A DNA stretch of 64,000 nucleotides from a virus. This document shows positions 9,247-18,243 of this stretch, piece by piece (within the stretch, counting starts at the first letter, position 1; each line of letters opens with the position of its first letter). The notes under the pieces were generated by a model. The model was not told the origin of the DNA. It did not search any database and saw nothing but the letters and a program-made list of their open reading frames with translations. The stretch covers positions 46,011 through 110,010 of the IMG/VR virus record IMGVR_UViG_3300025098_000019; one strand, written 5' to 3'. Position numbers and translations under genes: made by a program.

Positions 9247-10266
9247 TTGTTTAAGAAAGCAGCAGTTTTTACTGACATACATTTTGGCCTAAAAGGCAAC
9301 AGTCGCATACATAATGATGATTGCGAAGAATTTGTAGATTGGTATATCGAAAAAGCCAAAGAACACGGATGCGAAACAGGAATATTCTGTGGCGACTGGC
9401 ACCATAACAGAAACAGCCTTAACCTTACAACTATGGATGCAACTATTCGTAGTTTAGAAAAACTTGGTAAGGCATTTGATAAATTTTATATGTTTGTGGG
9501 TAATCACGACTTGTACTATAAAGACAAGCGCAATGTTAGTTCAACTATATTTGGAAAACACATTGAAGGTATTACATTTATAGATGAAATTTATCAAGAA
9601 GATGATGTGGCTCTTGTACCGTGGCTAGTAGGCGACGAGTGGAAGAAGATTGAAAAAATTAAGTCCAAGTATATGTTTGGGCATTTTGAATTACCAAGTT
9701 TTTATATGAATGCTTTGGTTAGAATGCCTGATCACGGTGACTTACGCCCTCAACACTTTAAACATCAAGAGTACGTGTTTAGTGGACATTTCCACAAACG
9801 TCAAGTACAAGGTAAAATACATTATATCGGAAATGCTTTTCCTCACAACTATGCAGATGTAGGTGATGACGAACGTGGCATGATGATCCTCGATCGTGAG
9901 AATAATAAAGAGCCTGAATACATTAATTGGTGGAACTGTCCTAAGTATAGAACAATTAAACTTTCAAAATTAATTGACGATGCAGATGCTTTTATTAAAC
10001 CTAAAATGTATCTAAGAGTTGAACTAGACTTACCTATTAGTTATGAAGAATCTAGTTTCATTAAAGAGACATTTATTAAACAATATAACTGTCGTGAAAT
10101 TACACTAATTCCACAAAAACAAATTGAAGAAATTACTACTGATTTAGATATTAGTACGTTTGAATCAGTTGACCAAATTGTAGCAAGTGAAATAACAGAA
10201 CTTGATACAGAAAATTACGATAAATCGATGTTACTAGACATCTATCATGGATTAGAGAGTTATTAA
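9247..10266 (+). CDS. gp47: Recombination endonuclease subunit gp47 (Mre11/SbcD-like)
   Basis: Metallophosphoesterase motifs DIHFG, GDWHH, GNHD, GHFE, SGHFH. Confidence 0.95.
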   Translation: MFKKAAVFTDIHFGLKGNSRIHNDDCEEFVDWYIEKAKEHGCETGIFCGDWHHNRNSLNLTTMDATIRSLEKLGKAFDKFYMFVGNHDLYYKDKRNVSSTIFGKHIEGITFIDEIYQEDDVALVPWLVGDEWKKIEKIKSKYMFGHFELPSFYMNALVRMPDHGDLRPQHFKHQEYVFSGHFHKRQVQGKIHYIGNAFPHNYADVGDDERGMMILDRENNKEPEYINWWNCPKYRTIKLSKLIDDADAFIKPKMYLRVELDLPISYEESSFIKETFIKQYNCREITLIPQKQIEEITTDLDISTFESVDQIVASEITELDTENYDKSMLLDIYHGLESY

Positions 10267-12039
10267 ATGATTCGCATTAAAGACCTAACTGTTAAAAACT
10301 TTATGAGTGTGGGTAATCAAACACAGGCTGTAGATTTTAACAAAGACAACTTAACGTTAGTACTTGGTGAAAATTTAGATCAAGGTGGGGACGACAGTGG
10401 CTCACGTAATGGTACTGGTAAAACTACAATCATTAATGCACTAAGTTATGCATTATACGGTACTGCACTTACTAATATCAAACGAAACAACTTGATTAAT
10501 AAAACTAACAGCAAAGGAATGTTAGTTACACTACACTTTGAAAAGAACAACGTAGACTACAGGATTGAGCGAGGACGCTCTCCTAATATTTTAAAGTTTT
10601 ATGTGAACAATCAAGAGCAAGAACAAATTGACGAAAGTCAAGGTGATAGCCGTAAGACACAAGAAGAAATTGATTCCTTGTTAGGAATGTCGCACACAAT
10701 GTTTAAAAATATTGTTGCACTAAACACATATTCAGAACCGTTTCTTGCAATGCGTACAAATGATCAACGTGCTATTATTGAACAACTATTAGGTATTACA
10801 TTATTGTCTGAAAAGGCAGAAGTACTAAAAGAAGGTACACGTAGAACTAAAGATGCAATTACCGAAGAAACTCTTAAGATTGAAGCAATACAAACTGCTA
10901 ACAGTAAGATCGAAGGCACTATTGACAATCTAAAGAAGAATCAACGTGCATGGGTCGCAAAACAACGATCTGATGTTGAAAAACTTAACAAAGCTATTGG
11001 TGAGTTAGAACAATTAGACATCGATACAGAACTTGAATTGCACGAAAAACTATCAAATTGGACTGAACATAATAATTCTATTTTGGCTCTTAAAAAGGAA
11101 TTAAGCACATTAGAGCCGGCACTATTACGTGCTGACAGATCTGTTGAAAAAGCAAAAAAAGATGCCGCTGATTTAGATCAAGGCACATGTCATTCGTGTG
11201 GACAAGATCTTCCTGCTGATAAAAAAGCAGAGATAGAAAAACGCAAACAGTCGGAATTAGAAGATGCTATTTCGTATCAAACAGAGATACAAGAAAAGGT
11301 TTCTTCTGTTGCTGAAGCACTAACAGAAATTGGTGACATTAACGGCAAACCTACAACATTTTACGATACTGCAAAAGAAGCATATGAACATCGAAGCAAC
11401 GTTGAAAATTTACGCAATGCTTTGATAAGTAAACATGAGGATACAGATCCTTATCAGAGTCAAATTGACGAATTAAACGATAGTGCAATTCAAGAAGTTA
11501 ATTGGGAAAGTGTAAATCAATTAACGTCTTACAAAGAGCACCAAGATTTCTTATTGAAACTGCTTACTAACAAGGACAGTTTTATTCGTAAAAAGATTAT
11601 TGATCAAAATCTTGCATATCTAAACAACAGGCTTACATACTATCTTGACAAATTAGGCTTACCACATCAAGTACTATTTCAAAATGATCTAGCTGTTGAA
11701 ATTACACAGTTAGGACAGGATTTAGATTTTGATAATTTAAGTAGAGGCGAACGTAACAGATTGATTTTAGGACTATCATTTGCATTTAGAGATGTTTGGG
11801 AAAGTTTATATCAAGGTGTTAATTTACTGTTTATTGACGAATTAATTGACAGTGGTATGGATACAGCAGGTGTTGAGAATTCACTAAGTGTCCTTAAGAA
11901 GATGGCTAGGGAACGTGAAAAGAATATCTACTTAATTAGTCACAAAGACGAACTAGTTGGTAGAGTTAATAACGTATTAAAAGTAATAAAAGAAAACGGT
12001 TTCACTAGTTACGAGAACGATGTAGAAGTTGTAGAATGA
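10267..12039 (+). CDS. gp46: Recombination ATPase gp46 (Rad50/SbcC-like)
   Basis: KNFMSVG, Walker A NGTGKTT, zinc hook CHSCG, signature LSRGE, Walker B LLFIDE, H-loop ISH. Confidence 0.95.
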   Translation: MIRIKDLTVKNFMSVGNQTQAVDFNKDNLTLVLGENLDQGGDDSGSRNGTGKTTIINALSYALYGTALTNIKRNNLINKTNSKGMLVTLHFEKNNVDYRIERGRSPNILKFYVNNQEQEQIDESQGDSRKTQEEIDSLLGMSHTMFKNIVALNTYSEPFLAMRTNDQRAIIEQLLGITLLSEKAEVLKEGTRRTKDAITEETLKIEAIQTANSKIEGTIDNLKKNQRAWVAKQRSDVEKLNKAIGELEQLDIDTELELHEKLSNWTEHNNSILALKKELSTLEPALLRADRSVEKAKKDAADLDQGTCHSCGQDLPADKKAEIEKRKQSELEDAISYQTEIQEKVSSVAEALTEIGDINGKPTTFYDTAKEAYEHRSNVENLRNALISKHEDTDPYQSQIDELNDSAIQEVNWESVNQLTSYKEHQDFLLKLLTNKDSFIRKKIIDQNLAYLNNRLTYYLDKLGLPHQVLFQNDLAVEITQLGQDLDFDNLSRGERNRLILGLSFAFRDVWESLYQGVNLLFIDELIDSGMDTAGVENSLSVLKKMAREREKNIYLISHKDELVGRVNNVLKVIKENGFTSYENDVEVVE

Positions 12040-13019
12040 GTAACGAAAAATTTAATAATGCATGTAATAGAATAGCACAGCCATGTCCGCCTATATGGAT
12101 GATGAGACAAGCTGGACGGTATCAAAAAAGTTACATGGAACTAAAAGAAAAATACACGTTTGAACAAATGTGTAAATTGCCGCAACTTGCTATGCAAACG
12201 GCAATGCTACCGATTAACGAGTTTGACTTTGATGCCGCAATATTGTTTAGCGACATACTTTGGCATTTAGAAGGATTAGGATTTCCTGTTGAATTTGCTC
12301 CAGGTCCTAAGTTTACAGAACACTTAACTGAAGAAAACTATTCTAAGTTTACTGATGTTGACTCAGCAATGTTACACCTTGAATTTCAGAAAAAAGCAAT
12401 TATTGCTACAAAAGAAAATTTGTCGCAAAAGAAAAGTTTGATTGGCTTTGTAGGTGGTCCTTGGAGTTTACTTAACTATGCGTTAGGAACTAATAAAGTT
12501 AGTAAAGAGTTTAAAACAATGTATCTTAAAACTGTACTTGTTCCTCTAATAAAAGAAAGTATTAGAGAGCAAAAAAGAGCAGGTGCTGATGTTGTAATGA
12601 TACTCGATAGTGGACTAGACAATGTTAGTAAAAGTTATTACGACACTACATATATAGAATTTCTTAAAGAAATTGCGTTAATTGGTGATGTAGGTTATTA
12701 TGTTAGAGGCATACCAGAAGGAAGTCTTTCTAAAATAAAAAAATTAGACTTCGCTGGCATTGGTATTGACAGTTCTCAAGATTTACCTAAAACATTAAAA
12801 ACATATTCAAAAGGATTTGTTCAAGGAAACTTTAACGAACAATTTTTATTACTTGAAACAAGATTATTCAAATACGAATTAGATAAGTGGTTAGACACAC
12901 TATCAGGTGTAGACACTACAGGATGGATATGCGGATTAGGACACGGTATTACAAAAACTACTCCAACAGATCATATTCATCATTTTGTAAAAACAGTTAG
13001 GAGTCATTTTAGTTCATGA
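12036..13019 (+). CDS. hemE: Uroporphyrinogen decarboxylase
   Basis: PIWMMRQAGRY, DAAILFSDIL, IGFVGGPWSL, VQGN and GLGHGI motifs of URO-D. Confidence 0.93.
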   Translation: MSNEKFNNACNRIAQPCPPIWMMRQAGRYQKSYMELKEKYTFEQMCKLPQLAMQTAMLPINEFDFDAAILFSDILWHLEGLGFPVEFAPGPKFTEHLTEENYSKFTDVDSAMLHLEFQKKAIIATKENLSQKKSLIGFVGGPWSLLNYALGTNKVSKEFKTMYLKTVLVPLIKESIREQKRAGADVVMILDSGLDNVSKSYYDTTYIEFLKEIALIGDVGYYVRGIPEGSLSKIKKLDFAGIGIDSSQDLPKTLKTYSKGFVQGNFNEQFLLLETRLFKYELDKWLDTLSGVDTTGWICGLGHGITKTTPTDHIHHFVKTVRSHFSS

Positions 13020-13756
13020 TTAGAGTCGGTGCAAGAGGAAGTAAATTAGCTCTAGCATATGCTAGGAAAGCATGTGAGCAATTAGATTGCGAAACTGAAA
13101 TTATTGAAATTACAACTCCAGGTGACATCGACACCGAAACTCCTATATACGAAATGGGAGGTAAAGGTGTATTTTGTAGTACAATTGAGCAAGAACTATT
13201 AAACGGTAATATTGACGTTGCTGTTCATAGTTTAAAAGATGTTCCTGGCCAAGAAACAGACGGATTAATAATTGCTGCAATGTTGCAACGAAACAGTCCT
13301 CATGATGTTCTTATTGGAAAAGTTAGTTATAATTGCACTATTGGAACTAGCAGTCCTAGACGTACTGCACAATTATTAGATCTTTACAAAGACTTGAGAA
13401 TTAATATCAAACCTATTAGAGGAAATATAGATACTAGGTTAGAAAAACTTGACAATGGCGAGTATGATGCTATAATACTAGCAGAAGCTGGGCTTCAAGC
13501 ACTTAATATATCAAGACCAACAGTTAAGGTACCAACTATTCCTGCTGTAGGACAAGGTATTATTGCTTTGCAGACTAGACAGGACGACGAAGAAACAATA
13601 AAAATAGTTAAACAGGCAAATCACGATAAAACATTTAAACAGGCAACAATTGAAAGAGCATTTTTAAAAGGCATAGACGGAGACTGTCATACAAAAATAG
13701 CAGCTCACGCAACTGGATCAAATCCAATTACACTTAAAGCAATGTATTATGAATGA
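13016..13756 (+). CDS. hemC: Porphobilinogen deaminase (hydroxymethylbilane synthase), compact form
   Basis: IRVGARGSKLA, GGKGVF, DVAVHSLKDVP, IGTSSPRR, IRGNIDTRLEKLDNGEYDAIILA, PAVGQG, and the cofactor Cys in ERAFLKGIDGDC. Confidence 0.93.
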   Translation: MIRVGARGSKLALAYARKACEQLDCETEIIEITTPGDIDTETPIYEMGGKGVFCSTIEQELLNGNIDVAVHSLKDVPGQETDGLIIAAMLQRNSPHDVLIGKVSYNCTIGTSSPRRTAQLLDLYKDLRINIKPIRGNIDTRLEKLDNGEYDAIILAEAGLQALNISRPTVKVPTIPAVGQGIIALQTRQDDEETIKIVKQANHDKTFKQATIERAFLKGIDGDCHTKIAAHATGSNPITLKAMYYE

Positions 13757-13961
13757 TGACATACACGACGAATTAGTACAAACGTACTTAAAATACTTTC
13801 GGGCAAATGAAAAATTTGCTAGACGTAATTCTGTTAGACTACATGCCGAGGTGCGAAGACATCTTAGAAATCTAAGAAAATTAGCCAAAATAAGAATGGA
13901 AGAGATACACATATACCAGGCAGAAAACAAAGTAACCAGAAAAGACATAGATAAAAAATAG
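13749..13961 (+). CDS. Small basic protein, possibly Hc1-like DNA-binding
   Basis: 70 aa, Arg/Lys-rich; pattern NEKF...N......VRRHL..L.KLAK.R..EI resembles phage Hc1-like proteins. Start overlaps the hemC end. Confidence 0.5.
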   Translation: MNDDIHDELVQTYLKYFRANEKFARRNSVRLHAEVRRHLRNLRKLAKIRMEEIHIYQAENKVTRKDIDKK

Positions 13962-13978
13962 GCACGGTAAGTAAGTTC

Positions 13979-14428
13979 ATGCAGTGGACTTATGAAGGCA
14001 AAATTATAGACAATATACCAGACGAATACGAAGGTTTTGTTTATATCATTACAAACACCACTACAGATCAAAAATACATAGGCAAAAAACTAGCAAAGTT
14101 TAAAACTACTAAGCCACCACTTAAAGGCAAGAAAAATAAAAGACGCGGTTACAAAGAAAGCGACTGGAGAACATACTACGGTAGTTCTGATAGATTAAAC
14201 GCAGATGTAGCCGAGCTAGGCGAAGACAAGTTTACAAGAGAAATATTATACCTATGTAAAGGTAGGGGCGAAATGTCCTATATAGAGGCACGAGAGCAGT
14301 TTGACAGGCGAGTACTTGAAACTGATGATTACTATAATGGTATCATTAATGTTAGAGTAGGCGGATCAGACAAACTTAAACAGGCATTGCTAGAACATCA
14401 CATCAAGGCAAAACATTCCAACACCTAA
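13979..14428 (+). CDS. Stand-alone GIY-YIG endonuclease
   Basis: GFVYIITN...KYIGKK, YYGSS, FTREIL, catalytic-type E (IEAREQ) and YYN motifs; no C-terminal DNA-binding repeats. Confidence 0.85.
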   Translation: MQWTYEGKIIDNIPDEYEGFVYIITNTTTDQKYIGKKLAKFKTTKPPLKGKKNKRRGYKESDWRTYYGSSDRLNADVAELGEDKFTREILYLCKGRGEMSYIEAREQFDRRVLETDDYYNGIINVRVGGSDKLKQALLEHHIKAKHSNT

Positions 14429-14830
14429 GGTTGGCGGGCCAGATTAGAAATACCGCTGTGGAAAAAGCTCTCGTATAGAAGCACACGTACATATTGATTG
14501 ACACACCAGAGTGTGGAAGCCACCAAACAAATTGGGCTCACTAGTTGATATAGATTGCATGTTGGCAGTCGAAAAACACAAACACAGTACATAAAAACTC
14601 TTTAGCAATAGGAACGAAGCGAGAGGTAGCTGGAAACAGCGATGTCGACGTAGGTTGGGAAAGGTCAGAGCCCATTGTACTTTGTGTATAAACAATTACC
14701 TACTTCCAATGTCTCGGCTGGTGCGACTCACATGAAGCGTATTTTGAGATTAGATGGGACCGTAACAGGTTCCGTCTGACTGAAACAATCTACATGAAAC
14801 TTAAACATTATTACTTCGTAATAATGCATT
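14429..14830 (+). ncRNA. Candidate large structured non-coding RNA
   Basis: About 400 nt, GC-richer, no credible ORF; many complementary segments (TGGGCTC/GAGCCCA, TAGATTG/CAATCTA, GTAGGT/ACCTAC, GCTG-GAAA-CAGC, AGATGGGACC/GGTTCCGTCT). Strand assumed from the upstream gene and the GAAA tetraloop. Confidence 0.55.
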
Positions 14831-14925
14831 CATCTTTATATTCATTTGTATCTATCTGATGTAATTACTTTAAACGAAGTGTTTAGTTTGAGCGTTAGCG
14901 ATAACTTGTTTCGTGTAGCGAAACA

Positions 14926-14933
14926 TATAAATA
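14926..14933 (+). promoter_or_regulatory. T4 late promoter TATAAATA
   Basis: Exact consensus 30 nt upstream of the ATG at 14964. Confidence 0.8.
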
Positions 14934-14963
14934 CAAGTAATAATTTTAAAGGTATACTCACAA

Positions 14964-15731
14964 ATGAAAATAAATGATATATTAAATGAATCTGATGTTA
15001 AAGCTGATCCAAAGATAGTGGATAAATTTGCTGGCGTAAGTGATAGTCAAAGATCATACTACATATACCAATGGGCAAAAGAAAAAGGCATTGACAGCGA
15101 TGACGCAATGCAACTAGCTGGATATAAGCGTGGTAGTTATATGGGTGCAGGATCTTACATGTGGAACTATGCTCCAAACGAAAGCATTGAGGAAGCACCT
15201 GCAGGTATGTTAAAACAAGTAGGACGTAGACTTGGTGCTAAGGCCGCAGGCGCTATAGGCATGAAAGGCACCGCAGCAAAATTAGGCGGGGCTGCTGACG
15301 CAGGCAAAGCAGCAAATCAGTTAAAAGTTAAACTTCAAGGATACCTTGGTAAAACTGGCGGTAATATAAAGCAATTAGATGCTCAAGAACTTTCTGCATT
15401 TTTAAAACAACAACAACTTCCAACTAACGCTGTACCTGCAAGTGGTATAATTGCACCAAAAGACGTTGATAAAGTTTTAATGAAAACTATTCAAACAAGT
15501 AATAAAGCCGCAGGCGCACCTGCTGGCGATGCACCACAACAAGATGCACCACAACAAGCAGCAGGTGGCGGACAGCAACAAGCAGCAGCACCACAAGCAA
15601 GTGCTCCACAAAAACAAGCAAGTGCTCCGCAACAACAGGCAGCAAGTGCAACAGGAATACCTGCAAATATACAAGCGCAGTTAGATTCGCTAACACCAAC
15701 AGAGAAAAAAGTATTGGCAGGAGTTATATAA
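14964..15731 (+). CDS. Putative internal head/virion protein, Ala/Gln-rich
   Basis: Late promoter; N-terminus MKINDILNE resembles capsid-targeting leaders; low-complexity APQQ repeats. Confidence 0.5.
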   Translation: MKINDILNESDVKADPKIVDKFAGVSDSQRSYYIYQWAKEKGIDSDDAMQLAGYKRGSYMGAGSYMWNYAPNESIEEAPAGMLKQVGRRLGAKAAGAIGMKGTAAKLGGAADAGKAANQLKVKLQGYLGKTGGNIKQLDAQELSAFLKQQQLPTNAVPASGIIAPKDVDKVLMKTIQTSNKAAGAPAGDAPQQDAPQQAAGGGQQQAAAPQASAPQKQASAPQQQAASATGIPANIQAQLDSLTPTEKKVLAGVI

Positions 15732-18010
15732 TGAAATTAACCGAAGTTACATTATACGAAAATAAATCACACAGAATTTTAAAAGAAGGCTGGCAGGATC
15801 TTACTGAATCACAAAAACTTTATCAAGGAAGATTTGAAAAAGAACTTTGGCCATTAGTTGAACAATACACAAAACTAGCAGAAGCAGAACTTTCTAGACA
15901 ACAAGTATTAGATATCTTTAGTGGTGCTGAACAAGTTGCAATGGACAGTGGCGATAATAAAACAATCGCTGGTAAAGTAGGCGCAGGCGCAGCAGCAGCC
16001 GCAAAACTTCCTGTAGATATTGCTAAAAAAGTTGATGCAAAAATTAACGAACTAGGTAAACTAGCACAAAATGCAGGTCCTGTAAAAAATGCAGATGCTA
16101 AGTTTGCACAACTTAAGAAAGATATTACTGCAAATAACAGTGACAGTAAAATTGTACAAGGTGTACAAAAGATAAGTGATTGGGCAAAAGCAAATCCTGG
16201 TAAAGCAAGTGTAGCTGTTGGTATTTTAACTACTATGGCAGCATTTGCAGGCGGTCCTGCGGGCGGCGCAGCAGCAGGTTTGGTACTACGTGCATCAAAA
16301 GATTTATTACAAGGCGAGGAGCTTTCAGCAGCAGTTGGCAAGTCAATCAAGACTGGTGTTTATGGTGCTCTTGCTGGCATGGCATTTAGTGAACTTACAG
16401 ATAATATTGTTGATAACATTTCATCTGCACAAGGCGCAGAGCTTGAAGCAATGGAAGCAAGTTTGAAAGCTGAAAATCTTGCAACAGCAAAAGCTGACTT
16501 ATTTGCAGACCTAGGAATGGAAGTTGATGTTCTAGACGGTGCAACTAGAATTGATATGAGTGGAAACTTAAATGGATTCTACTATTCATATGACACAGTT
16601 ATTCCACCAGACATGATGGGTCAATACGAAGCATTAAGTAATGCAGTAAGTAGTGCAGATACATTTAGTCCTGAACACTATGCAGCAGCAGCCAAGTTCC
16701 ATGATTTTATGGGCGGATTAGTTGACGCTCCTGAAGCAAAGAATTTAACAGCAGCCTGGGACGCACTAAAAGAAATACCAAAAGAACAGTTAACTACTGC
16801 AAACCTTGATACACTTCTTGCTCAAGCAGAATCTAGTGGTGCAGTATTAACCGCATTAAATGATGCAGGCGGAGCAATAGCTGCGGCTGCTCAAGGTGCA
16901 TTACAAACAGTTGACGATACTGCCAAAGATGCACATAAAGCAAAGCCAGTTGATCCAGAAATTAAGCAACAACTTGAACTAGATTTAAAAGGCGGAAGCA
17001 ATGCAAAAGCAGAATCAATGTCAATGGAAGAACGCTTTGAATTGTATCTAGCAGAAGCAGATCCTGCACAAGGAGAATTGCCTTTAGATAATCCTAATAC
17101 AATGGGTGCAAAACTAAAGCGTGGAGCAGGAAAACTTGCAGGTAAAGCCGCAGGTGCAGTAAAAGGCGCAGCAAGTTCAGCAGCAGGTGCAGTAAAACAA
17201 GGTGCAAAAGATGTTGGTAATAAAGTTACTGCTAATAAACTTACAAAAACTTGGAAGTCAATGGGAGAACCAACTGACGCAGGAAGTATTGCTAATATTT
17301 TAGCAGATGCAGGTGTAAGTAATGACCAAATTGCACAAATAAGTAAAACTGCTAACGTAAAATTACAACCTACGCCAAAATCAACAGCAGCAGATCCTAA
17401 AGCAGCAGCAAAAGCAACTGCAACTGCAAAAGCAACTGCAAAAGATCCTAAAGCAGCAGCAGCAGAGCCTAAATCAGCAATTTCTAAAGGTGCTAATAAA
17501 GCAACTGCAACAAAGCCAATGAAAAAAGGTACTACAAAAGAAGTAGGCGGCAAAACTTATCGTTGGGAAGGCGCACTTTGGGTAGACACTGCAACAAATA
17601 AACCAGTGAGTGTTGCAAATGCAATGAAAATGGGATTAGGTAATCCTAAATTAGACCCAATTATATCAGCAGCGAAAAAAGATCCTGCACTTGCTAAGTT
17701 AATTAAACAACAAATTACTTCTAAAGGTGTTAAAGCAGGTACTGCGCAAGCAGCAAAAGCAGCACAACCAGATGCTAAAAATAAAGTAGCTCCAAAAGCA
17801 GCTCCGGCAGCTAGTGTAGCACCAAAAGCAGCACCGACAGCTAATGTAGCACCAAAAGCAGCAGCAACTAAGAAGACAGCCGCAAAAGCAGCACCAGCAG
17901 CTAATGTAGCAACTGCAAAATCAGGTGGTAAACTTAAGAAAGCAGCAGGCGCAGTAAAAAGTGGTTATAAAAATTATAATAAAATGAGTGCTTTAAATCC
18001 AGGTTCTTAA
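15731..18010 (+). CDS. Putative internal head/ejection protein with Ala/Lys-rich C-terminus
   Basis: MKLTEVTLYE N-terminus, a hydrophobic Gly/Ala hairpin (AVGILTTMAAFAGGPAGGAAAG), and APKAAP repeats. Confidence 0.5.
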   Translation: MKLTEVTLYENKSHRILKEGWQDLTESQKLYQGRFEKELWPLVEQYTKLAEAELSRQQVLDIFSGAEQVAMDSGDNKTIAGKVGAGAAAAAKLPVDIAKKVDAKINELGKLAQNAGPVKNADAKFAQLKKDITANNSDSKIVQGVQKISDWAKANPGKASVAVGILTTMAAFAGGPAGGAAAGLVLRASKDLLQGEELSAAVGKSIKTGVYGALAGMAFSELTDNIVDNISSAQGAELEAMEASLKAENLATAKADLFADLGMEVDVLDGATRIDMSGNLNGFYYSYDTVIPPDMMGQYEALSNAVSSADTFSPEHYAAAAKFHDFMGGLVDAPEAKNLTAAWDALKEIPKEQLTTANLDTLLAQAESSGAVLTALNDAGGAIAAAAQGALQTVDDTAKDAHKAKPVDPEIKQQLELDLKGGSNAKAESMSMEERFELYLAEADPAQGELPLDNPNTMGAKLKRGAGKLAGKAAGAVKGAASSAAGAVKQGAKDVGNKVTANKLTKTWKSMGEPTDAGSIANILADAGVSNDQIAQISKTANVKLQPTPKSTAADPKAAAKATATAKATAKDPKAAAAEPKSAISKGANKATATKPMKKGTTKEVGGKTYRWEGALWVDTATNKPVSVANAMKMGLGNPKLDPIISAAKKDPALAKLIKQQITSKGVKAGTAQAAKAAQPDAKNKVAPKAAPAASVAPKAAPTANVAPKAAATKKTAAKAAPAANVATAKSGGKLKKAAGAVKSGYKNYNKMSALNPGS
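17785..17915 (+). repeat. Coding tandem repeats VAPKAAP(A/T)A(S/N), ~30-bp unit
   Basis: gtagc(t/a)ccaaaagcagc... recurs 3-4 times. Confidence 0.7.
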
Positions 18011-18243
18011 AAGAACGGTAAACCTGACTTTTTAGTAGTTTCCATATTGTCTTTAACAATACCACTTATCATTTCGCGTTCTTCTGAAGACAAATAGTGT
18101 GCTTCAGTGTAGGATAATCCCCCTCGCATATACCAAACAGTTTGTAGTAAATCATTTTTGATTTGCTTGACTTGATTTTCTAGGACCTTAACTTCTTTTA
18201 ATATTTCGTCAAGGGGTAGGTTTAAGATCCTTATGCGAAAAAA
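18007..18243 (-). CDS. gp51-like ORF without its own start, probably expressed by -1 frameshift from gp26
   Basis: Open frame FFRIRILNLPLDEILKEVKVLENQVKQIKNDLLQTVWYMRGGLSYTEAHYLSSEEREMISGIVKDNMETTKKSGLPFF*; begins at the slippery T TTT TTC. The M...LS..E...L...ER pattern resembles gp51. Confidence 0.7.
   Translation of the reverse strand, partial: FFRIRILNLPLDEILKEVKVLENQVKQIKNDLLQTVWYMRGGLSYTEAHYLSSEEREMISGIVKDNMETTKKSGLPFF

Noticed and set aside
12036-13756. hemE/hemC as contaminating host DNA
   Set aside because: Overlapping start/stop junctions with phage genes on both sides and matching AT content indicate real integration.
14444-14695. 83-aa minus-strand ORF in the long intergenic region
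   Set aside because: No RBS, atypical composition and no motif; overlaps the structured RNA candidate.
14640-14725. RNase P RNA or tmRNA (GGGAAAGGTC ... CTCGGCT resemblance)
   Set aside because: Spacing is far too short, P4 pairing is not convincing, and there are no tRNA-like ends.
13979-14830. Group I intron or homing element containing the GIY-YIG ORF
   Set aside because: Flanking genes are intact with their own starts and stops, and I could not place the P3-P7 core motifs in the right order; a covariance-model search is needed to exclude it fully.
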